A stretch of DNA of 32,000 bases from Nostoc sp. PCC 7120 = FACHB-418 (GTDB lineage: Bacteria > Cyanobacteriota > Cyanobacteriia > Cyanobacteriales > Nostocaceae), in NCBI RefSeq assembly GCF_000009705.1, contig NC_003272.1:3330001-3362000 (forward strand). Reading direction: 5' to 3'. Both the position numbers and the translations under genes were made by a program. Below, one piece after another: positions 25,350-32,000 of this stretch. The notes beneath the pieces are model-generated. The model had not been told where the DNA came from. It worked only from the letters and a program-made list of their open reading frames with translations, and ran no database searches. Every line of letters begins with the position of its first letter. Positions within the stretch are counted from its first letter, which is position 1.

Positions 25350-26531
25350 ATGCTATATAGAAAATTTGGACGCACAGAATTACAGATGCCGGTGTTCTCT
25401 TGCGGCGGCATGAGATACCAATATAAATGGCAAGATGTTAGTTATTCGGATATTCCGGCGGATCAGCAAGCAAATCTGGAAGCAACTATTAATCGCGCTA
25501 TTGAGGTGGGGATCAATCACATTGAAACTGCCCGTGGTTATGGTAGTTCCGAAATGCAATTGGGGAAAATATTGCCTAAGTTTCCCCGCGAAAAATTAAT
25601 TGTCCAAACCAAACTTGCGCCTGTTGCCGATGGGAAAGAGTTCCGCAAAACTTTTGAGCAATCATTGAGTTATCTTCAGTTAGACTACGTAGATTTACTA
25701 GGAATACATGGAATTAATACTCCTGAGTTATTAGACTATAGTGTACGTCCTGGGGGTTGTTTGGACGTAGTGCAACAGTTGCAAGCAGAAGGTAAAGTCC
25801 GATTTGTGGGCTTTTCCACCCACGGTTCTACGGATGTAATCATCCAGGCAATTAATACTAACCAATTTGATTATGTCAACCTGCACTGGTACTACATCAA
25901 TCAATGGAATTGGCCAGCCATTGAAGCGGCTACCCGTCATGATATGGGGGTGTTTATTATTAGCCCCACAGATAAGGGAGGTCAGCTTTATAATCCACCT
26001 CAAAAATTAGTGGATTTATGCGCCCCTTTAAGTCCGATGGTGTTTAATGATTTATTTTGTCTGAGTCATTCTCAAGTGCATACCTTGAGTTTAGGCGCAG
26101 CTAAACCCCAAGATTTTGATGAACACTTGCAGACATTGGACTTAATAAACCGGGCATCAGAGATTTTACCACCAATTTTAGGGAGGTTGGAAGATGCAGC
26201 GATCGCCTCTTTGGGAGAAGATTGGGTAAAAACCTGGGAAACCAATTTACCCCAATGGGAACAAACCCCTGGTCAGATAAATATCCGGGTGATTTTATGG
26301 CTGCTAAATCTAGCTACTACCTACGATTTAGTGGACTATGCCAAAATGCGGTACAACTTATTGGGCAACGCTAGTCACTGGTTCCCTGGTAACAAAGCCG
26401 ATAAACTCAACGAAATAGACTTGCAGCAATGCCTCAGATATAGTCCTCATGCTGATAAAATTCCCCAATTTTTAGCCAAGGCGCATCAATTATTAGCAGG
26501 TGAAGAATTGCAGCGTTTATCTCAGAGCTAA
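25350..26531 (+). CDS. aldo/keto reductase family oxidoreductase
   Basis: RKFGRTELQMPVFSCGGMR, GINHIETARGYG and DYVDLLGIHG are typical AKR N-terminal motifs. Confidence 0.85.
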   Translation: MLYRKFGRTELQMPVFSCGGMRYQYKWQDVSYSDIPADQQANLEATINRAIEVGINHIETARGYGSSEMQLGKILPKFPREKLIVQTKLAPVADGKEFRKTFEQSLSYLQLDYVDLLGIHGINTPELLDYSVRPGGCLDVVQQLQAEGKVRFVGFSTHGSTDVIIQAINTNQFDYVNLHWYYINQWNWPAIEAATRHDMGVFIISPTDKGGQLYNPPQKLVDLCAPLSPMVFNDLFCLSHSQVHTLSLGAAKPQDFDEHLQTLDLINRASEILPPILGRLEDAAIASLGEDWVKTWETNLPQWEQTPGQINIRVILWLLNLATTYDLVDYAKMRYNLLGNASHWFPGNKADKLNEIDLQQCLRYSPHADKIPQFLAKAHQLLAGEELQRLSQS

Positions 26532-26657
26532 GGCAAAGGGCAGTCTCTTCCTGACTTGAAAGGGGTATAGGGGTATAAGGCAATACCGTTCAGTTACGGC
26601 TAAAAATAAAAAACTAGTGTAGCGACTGTCTTAAAAGAGCGCTAATTGCACAATTCC

Positions 26658-27698
26658 TTATTTCCTCGCCTCTTGTAACTGTTGAGCGGCTCCACCCTGT
26701 TGAGACAGTATCAAAGTAGCCCCAGCGACTGCTAGCACCCCAATTATTGCTAAACCCAAAACAGTAGTTTGATATTTCAACTTGATGACTGTGGCTAATA
26801 TTTCCATAGCTGTAGCATTACCAGTGACTTGAATAGGCTGTAGTGCTGCCAAAGCATCGGCGGCATTAGTATAGCGATATTGCCACTTGGGTTCCACCAT
26901 ACCCATTAACCAGGAGCGGAAGCGTAAATCGATTTGAGAATCTAGTTTCTGAAAATCAAAATAACCCTTACTGTCAATCAACTTACCAATATCTACAGAA
27001 CGGATATTAGCAAGTAAACAAATTAGTGTCGCCCCTACACTGTATAAATCTGAAGCCAAAGATAAAGAATAGCCTAATTGTTCCTCTGGTGGTATAAAGC
27101 CTGGTGTTCCTGTTAGTAAGCTGGTGAGAGCTATTTTTGTATCTTGCACCCTAGCTAAACCAAAATCTACTAAGTAAGCATTCAGTTGCTCATCGACTAA
27201 GATATTTTCTGGTTTGATATCCCGATGAATAATTGGGTCAATTCGTTGCTGTAAATACACCAAAATTTCTAAAACTGATACAGCTATTTGCTTAATTTCT
27301 TCTGGCTGAAAGCTGCGTTTTGAGCTTAAGGGTAGAGCGTGTTTATACTCCTGGACTAAATAGAAACCTGTCTGAGTTGCAAAAGAATCTAGATAGCGAG
27401 GAATGCGGGGATGATTTAGTTTTTGCAAGATTTTCGCTTCACTTTCATAAGCTGTAAAATCACACCAGTCAGTATAGGTATGAGCAAAACTAAATTCTTT
27501 AATTACTACCTGTTGCTTAGACTGATGATGATGAGCTAAATAAGTGATGCGACCTTCTTCTTGGTTCCGTCCGAGTTCTTGAATAACTTGATAACCTAAA
27601 GCAGAACAATCTGGATGATTGATTAAGGGAATTGCTCCTTTATTAAACGCATCAAGCTCCATTACACACCACCTGAGTTTGATTTTGTCAAGGTGCAA
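26658..27698 (-). CDS. Ser/Thr protein kinase with C-terminal TM anchor
   Basis: Hanks kinase motifs are present: VIKEF (Lys), HRDIKPENILV, DFGLA and GTPGFIPPE. A hydrophobic helix (VLGLAIIGVLAVAGATLIL) lies near the C-terminus. The start is uncertain (M1 or M13). Confidence 0.9.
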   Translation of the reverse strand: MHLDKIKLRWCVMELDAFNKGAIPLINHPDCSALGYQVIQELGRNQEEGRITYLAHHHQSKQQVVIKEFSFAHTYTDWCDFTAYESEAKILQKLNHPRIPRYLDSFATQTGFYLVQEYKHALPLSSKRSFQPEEIKQIAVSVLEILVYLQQRIDPIIHRDIKPENILVDEQLNAYLVDFGLARVQDTKIALTSLLTGTPGFIPPEEQLGYSLSLASDLYSVGATLICLLANIRSVDIGKLIDSKGYFDFQKLDSQIDLRFRSWLMGMVEPKWQYRYTNAADALAALQPIQVTGNATAMEILATVIKLKYQTTVLGLAIIGVLAVAGATLILSQQGGAAQQLQEARK

Positions 27699-27866
27699 TC
27701 CAAAAATTATAAATACTCACCCAGATTATTACCTGCCATTCTGCCTTAATCGCGCTATGGAGTGGGGCATAGGGAGTAGAAGCAGCCGGGAGCAGAACTG
27801 ATGCCCAGATTTTCCCTCCTTCCTTTACTCCTTGCCCCAATTCCTAACTTTTGCCAATCTCAGTCT

Positions 27867-28784
27867 TTATTTTCTCCGTGCAAGCCAATCAATAATCTGG
27901 GCGTTGACGACATTTGGAACTTCATCGTGGGGACAATGACCAGCACCAGGAATGGGAATAATTGTTATGTCTTTGCCATTCTCCTGGGCTTGTTCGTAAA
28001 TCTTCGCCCCTGTAATTGGTGTCCAGGGGTCATCAGCACCCCAAATTACTAGTAAAGGACGCTCTACTTGGGGTAATAGTTCCTCTGGTGTGGGGCCAGG
28101 AGGTGCTGTGAGGATGGAGGCGAAAACTTGCTGCGCTCCAGGATCACAGGATGGGGTATAAAGTAAATCAACTAATTCATCAGTGACGGCTGTACGATCG
28201 CGGTAAACTTGGTAGAGAGTGCGGCGAATTTGAGATTTTTGGCGGATACGGTTAAAGACAAATTTACCTGTAATGGGCGATCGCACTACTCTATTAAATG
28301 TTGCCATCACAATCCGTAGTGGTGGGTTCAGTTCATGGGGACGATGGCTCAAACCACCTGCTGAGTTGATTAAAACACCACCAGATGTAATCTCTGGATG
28401 TTTTGCCAATATTATCAGGCTTAAAAGCGCACCAATGGAGTTACCGACAAATACGGCTGGTTGTTGAATATGGGCTGTCCAAAAGTCTTTGAGCAGTTCT
28501 ACCCAAACATCTACACTGTAGTCAATTGCTGCTTTCTCAGAACCACCAAAACCCAACAAATCAATAGCAAAGATTTGGTAGCCAGCATTTGCCAAAACTG
28601 GAATGTTCTTGCGCCAATGTCCGATGGAAGCACCAAAGCCGTGAACTAGTACTAATGGCTGTCCAGTACCCATGACTGTGTACTGAATTTTGTGATTGCG
28701 CCAAGTCCACACTAGTTTATCAAAATTAGCGATCACCTGTGTGGCGTAGTCTATCGCTGCTGGCGGTTGAGCCTTTAAAGTCAT
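27867..28784 (-). CDS. alpha/beta-fold hydrolase
   Basis: LVLVHGFGAS..HW, the GNSIGA nucleophile elbow and a C-terminal GHCPHDE motif. Confidence 0.88.
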   Translation of the reverse strand: MTLKAQPPAAIDYATQVIANFDKLVWTWRNHKIQYTVMGTGQPLVLVHGFGASIGHWRKNIPVLANAGYQIFAIDLLGFGGSEKAAIDYSVDVWVELLKDFWTAHIQQPAVFVGNSIGALLSLIILAKHPEITSGGVLINSAGGLSHRPHELNPPLRIVMATFNRVVRSPITGKFVFNRIRQKSQIRRTLYQVYRDRTAVTDELVDLLYTPSCDPGAQQVFASILTAPPGPTPEELLPQVERPLLVIWGADDPWTPITGAKIYEQAQENGKDITIIPIPGAGHCPHDEVPNVVNAQIIDWLARRK

Positions 28785-28878
28785 TATTATTAAGATTTCT
28801 AAACTATTGCTTTATATATTAAAGCAGGGGAGCAGGGAGCAGAGGAGAAAACCCCCCCAAAGGAAAAGATAATCCACT

Positions 28879-28913
28879 CATTACCAATTACCAATTACCT
28901 ATTACCCATTACT
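28879..28913. repeat. heptamer array NATTACC x5
   Basis: Read as cattacc aattacc aattacc tattacc cattact. It is the inverted partner of the array at 29713-29742. Confidence 0.9.
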
Positions 28914-28981
28914 CTATGCACTACTCCAGTAAAATAGGTGTGTCCGTGATCAAATAAAAAACACCTAAGTAGCCAATCTGT

Positions 28982-29503
28982 ATGCTCACAACGGCTGAAT
29001 TTCTGAAATATACTCAATGGTCTGGTATTGCCACTGTGATATTTGCAGTTTTGGCAATACTAGCGTTCCTGTTCAAATGGGGCATCCGTTTTCGGCTAGT
29101 AGGTACGACTGGCTTTATGTTGGTACTGACTGCTGGTTTATTTGGACTTTCAATAGTTCCCTTGAGTCGTACCGTGATTCCTGGGGCTGTTAAGTACACT
29201 CTAGTTTACGATAATGGCTCAAGCCAAGCGGTAATCTCCCTATCTCCGAAAATTTCCCCTCCGGAAGTAGAAGCAACTTTATTACAAGCTGCCAGCAATC
29301 TCAATTCTTTTGGGCGTTCTGGTGACAGGAATGATAACAAGGTGACAATTCGCGCTCGTACTCTGATTCACCCAGAACCAGGGCTAACAGTACCACTTTA
29401 CCTGGGAGAAGTTAAGCGATCGCTCGCTAGTCGAGAAGATACTCAGATATCAGTGGAAATATATCCAGAGAAATTTGCTCAATTGCCACCAGCAAAAGCT
29501 TAA
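28982..29503 (+). CDS. Ycf51-like (DUF2518-type) membrane protein
   Basis: Two N-terminal TM helices (WSGIATVIFAVLAILAFLFKWGIRFRLVGTTGFMLVLTAGLF) precede a soluble domain. The family assignment is from memory. Confidence 0.7.
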   Translation: MLTTAEFLKYTQWSGIATVIFAVLAILAFLFKWGIRFRLVGTTGFMLVLTAGLFGLSIVPLSRTVIPGAVKYTLVYDNGSSQAVISLSPKISPPEVEATLLQAASNLNSFGRSGDRNDNKVTIRARTLIHPEPGLTVPLYLGEVKRSLASREDTQISVEIYPEKFAQLPPAKA

Positions 29504-29511
29504 CATCAAGA

Positions 29512-29532
29512 GTGCTGAGTCAAACTCAGCAC
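29512..29532 (+). terminator. tight hairpin just after the ycf51-like stop (no T-run)
   Basis: gtgctgagt caa actcagcac forms a 9-bp perfect stem with a 3-nt loop. The following sequence is GC-rich rather than U-rich, so terminator function is uncertain. Confidence 0.4.
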
Positions 29533-29712
29533 GGGCTGAACGCCCCGCAAACATCAAGTATTATGTTCTTTTACCGAATATGACGAGCGCACGAGTTTTT
29601 TGTATTTTCATATACAATTTTTGTTATTTTTAGATTAAGATGTTATTTACCTAAATTTAATCAACGTGTCATTCATGGGTGATGAAATTCCTCACCCACA
29701 GATGAGGAATCT

Positions 29713-29751
29713 GGTAATAGGTAATTGGTAATAGGTAATTGGACTATTACC
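29713..29751. repeat. heptamer array GGTAAT(A/T) x4 plus a short inverted tail
   Basis: Read as ggtaata ggtaatt ggtaata ggtaatt gg actattacc. It is the reverse complement of the array at 28879-28913. Confidence 0.9.
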
Positions 29752-30064
29752 TGCGTCGGCGCTTTGAGCAACCTCGACCACCCACGTTCGTGCAGTGTCC
29801 CGCGTTCTGAGGGATGGAGTTTCCCGCCGCTTTTATCAATAACAATACTTTGGCTGAGTATTCTGACAGTGGTATTGTTAATAACTATATGTTTATTCCA
29901 AAGTTTGGTAGTTCAGAATTTAAGGATAATGGGCAATATTTAATTTCAGGCAATCCCGCTAATCATGTTCTGACAAGCGTTTCCCTTCTCTGGGGAAACT
30001 GATATAAGTTCTAATTAGTCTAATTTTATTAAGATATATCAAGGTTTTTGGCAAACTAGAGTAT

Positions 30065-31255
30065 ATGCCTAATCAATTATCTAATCAAACCTTGTCTAAT
30101 CAAACTGCTAGTTCATTAATCACCCTCGCGGTTGCCCCGGCAAAAGTTATCCGTGGCTGTAATATATTGCAGGTAGCCGCCACAGAAATTGCCAAATTGG
30201 GCAGTCGTCCTTTAATTGTGGCAGGTAATAGCACCGTTGCTATCAGCCAAGAGAAACTACAGCCAATTTTAGAAGCCCAGAATCTGCACGTTGCCCAAGC
30301 CTCTTATGGTGCAGATTGTGCGGAAGTTAGCTTAAAAGCCTTGAGGAAAGCAGCCAAAGAACATAAAGCCGATACGATTATCGGGATTGGTGGGGGCAAA
30401 GCTTTAGATACAGCAAAGTTAGTTGCCCATCAGTTAGATATACCTATAGTCACAATTCCCACATCGGCAGCTACCTGTGCCGCTTGGACGGCGCTATCAA
30501 ATGTATATTCTGAGGACGGGGCGTTTCTTTACGATGTGGCTTTATCTCGCTGTCCCGACTTGCTGATACTTGACTACGACTTGATCCAAACTGCACCACA
30601 ACATACACTAGTGGCAGGGATTGGGGATGCGATCGCTAAATGGTATGAAGCTTCTGTTAGTAGTGGGCATTTAGAACAAACTTTAATTATCTCCGCAGTC
30701 CAACAAGCGCGAGTTTTACGCGATATTTTATTCCAAAAGTCGGCAATTGCCTTACAACAACCAGGTAGTGAAGCTTGGCGGGAAGTTGTTGATGCCACAG
30801 TTTTACTAGCTGGTGTCATCGGTGGACTCGGTGGGGCGCAGTGCCGTACAGTAGCCGCCCATGCAGTCCATAATGGTTTAACCCACATTGCCGGACACAG
30901 TAGTATCCACGGTGAAAAAGTTGCCTACGGTATTTTGGTACAGCTGCGTCTGGAAGAAATGGTACAAGGTAATCAATTAGCAGCCGCCTCACGACAACAA
31001 CTATTAAAGTTTTATGCAGAGATTGGACTGCCACAAAAATTAGGAGACTTGGGGTTGGGTAATATTACCTTAGGCGAGTTACAAACAGCCGCCGAAATCG
31101 CTTTAACACCTCAATCTGACATTCATCGTCTACCATTCAAAGTTGTGTTGGAACAGTTAATGGCAGCGATGGTTTCTACCACTGCACCAACAGATAGTAG
31201 AGACTCAGTTCATCGTGTCTCCACCAGGGGAATAAGTGACGAGGTTGAGGAATGA
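30065..31255 (+). CDS. iron-containing alcohol dehydrogenase family protein (glycerol dehydrogenase-like)
   Basis: GIGGGKALDTAKLVA and a metal-binding His cluster (AAHAVHNGLTHIAGHSSIHGEKVAYG). Confidence 0.85.
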   Translation: MPNQLSNQTLSNQTASSLITLAVAPAKVIRGCNILQVAATEIAKLGSRPLIVAGNSTVAISQEKLQPILEAQNLHVAQASYGADCAEVSLKALRKAAKEHKADTIIGIGGGKALDTAKLVAHQLDIPIVTIPTSAATCAAWTALSNVYSEDGAFLYDVALSRCPDLLILDYDLIQTAPQHTLVAGIGDAIAKWYEASVSSGHLEQTLIISAVQQARVLRDILFQKSAIALQQPGSEAWREVVDATVLLAGVIGGLGGAQCRTVAAHAVHNGLTHIAGHSSIHGEKVAYGILVQLRLEEMVQGNQLAAASRQQLLKFYAEIGLPQKLGDLGLGNITLGELQTAAEIALTPQSDIHRLPFKVVLEQLMAAMVSTTAPTDSRDSVHRVSTRGISDEVEE

Positions 31256-32000
31256 GTTTCGATTGGATTACGCCAGCAGATAGGATACAGCAACTACCAC
31301 CTTATGTATTTGCCCGTCTTGACGAGCTGAAAGCTAAGGCAAGGGAGCAAGGAATTGATTTAATAGATTTGGGGATGGGGAATCCTGATGGCGCGACGCC
31401 ACAACCAGTGGTAGATGCGGCTATCCAAGCTTTGCAAGACCCCAAAAATCACGGTTACCCTCCCTTTGAAGGTACAGCAAGTTTCCGCCGTGCCATTACT
31501 AACTGGTACAATCGCCGCTATGGGGTTGTACTAGACCCTGATAGTGAAGCCTTACCCCTACTCGGTTCTAAAGAAGGATTATCTCATTTAGCGATCGCCT
31601 ATGTGAACCCTGGCGATGTGGTGCTGGTTCCTTCTCCCGCCTACCCCGCCCATTTTCGTGGCCCGGTAATCGCTGGGGGTACAGTCCACAGCTTAATTCT
31701 TAAACCTGAGAATGACTGGTTAATTGATTTAACCGCCATTCCTGAAGAAGTTGCCAGAAAAGCCAAAATATTATACTTTAACTATCCCAGCAACCCCACA
31801 GGCGCAACTGCACCCCGTGAATTTTTCGAGGAAATTGTGGCATTTGCCCGCAAATACGAAATTCTCTTGGTGCATGATTTGTGTTATGCCGAGTTAGCCT
31901 TTGATGGCTATCAACCCACCAGCTTACTAGAAATTCCTGGCGCAAAAGATATCGGCGTGGAGTTCCACACCTTATCGAAAACCTACAATATGGCTGGTTG
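31252..32000 (+). CDS. class I/II PLP-dependent aminotransferase (3' end outside the window)
   Basis: This ORF is absent from the track because it has no stop in the window. ATG 31252 overlaps the upstream TGA (ATGA). My translation reads MSFDWITPADRIQQLPPYVFARLDELKAKAREQGIDLIDLGMGNPDG...NYPSNPTG...TLSKTYNMAG, i.e. classic fold-type I motifs including the SK(T) Lys. Confidence 0.9.
   Translation, partial: MSFDWITPADRIQQLPPYVFARLDELKAKAREQGIDLIDLGMGNPDGATPQPVVDAAIQALQDPKNHGYPPFEGTASFRRAITNWYNRRYGVVLDPDSEALPLLGSKEGLSHLAIAYVNPGDVVLVPSPAYPAHFRGPVIAGGTVHSLILKPENDWLIDLTAIPEEVARKAKILYFNYPSNPTGATAPREFFEEIVAFARKYEILLVHDLCYAELAFDGYQPTSLLEIPGAKDIGVEFHTLSKTYNMAG

Noticed and set aside
305-31034. Other short antisense or overlapping track ORFs were considered: 305..604, 2902..3108, 3163..3384, 4555..4770, 5217..5405, 11166..11357, 11212..11400, 11667..11933, 13210..13404, 14622..14855, 17461..17655, 18051..18251, 19138..19371, 20751..20957, 23191..23403, 24376..24705, 25731..26003, 27619..27801, 27801..28052, 28273..28467, 28461..28649, 29014..29199, 29725..29943, 29814..30002, 30574..30888 and 30816..31034.
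   Set aside because: Each lies within or antisense to a longer ORF with clear family signatures, or spans repeat and intergenic sequence. None shows a recognisable motif.

Overview
This window looks like ordinary chromosomal DNA from a filamentous, heterocyst-forming cyanobacterium (Nostoc/Anabaena type). That assignment is an inference from three things: the HIP1 octamer GCGATCGC recurs (e.g. 2111-2118, 2443-2450, 3066-3073), heptameric STRR-type tandem repeats sit at many gene borders, and the gene content is typically cyanobacterial. About 30 credible CDSs are mostly housekeeping: ctaD (partial) and ctaE, rpsD, purK, a pair of M16 peptidases, a CbiG-type gene, menH, an HtrA protease, an aldo/keto reductase, a Ser/Thr kinase, a PhnD-like binding protein coupled to a HAMP histidine kinase, a CsoR/InrS-like metal repressor, a 13-repeat ankyrin protein, a pentapeptide-repeat protein, a GH104 lysozyme-like protein, and several conserved hypotheticals. 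I found no rRNA, tRNA, CRISPR array, transposase, phage block or recognisable multi-gene defence or biosynthetic island. I also cannot point to a convincing new multi-gene system. What the ORF track does not explain is mostly small-element biology. (1) A ~550-bp repeat-bounded insertion lies exactly between ctaD and ctaE. It carries an antisense Avd-like four-helix-bundle gene broken by a stop codon, and it supplies the ctaD stop codon. (2) A MITE-like family has three copies with 13-bp terminal inverted repeats and 5-bp target duplications; one copy holds a nested insertion. (3) A probable 6S RNA gene lies downstream of purK. (4) A perfect 16-bp palindrome matching the cyanobacterial LexA box lies upstream of an uncharacterised gene. 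(5) Heptamer arrays provide start or stop codons, form terminators, lie in frame inside a kinase gene, and flank a ycf51-like gene as inverted repeats. All protein family names come from reading the translations by eye; no database search was run.
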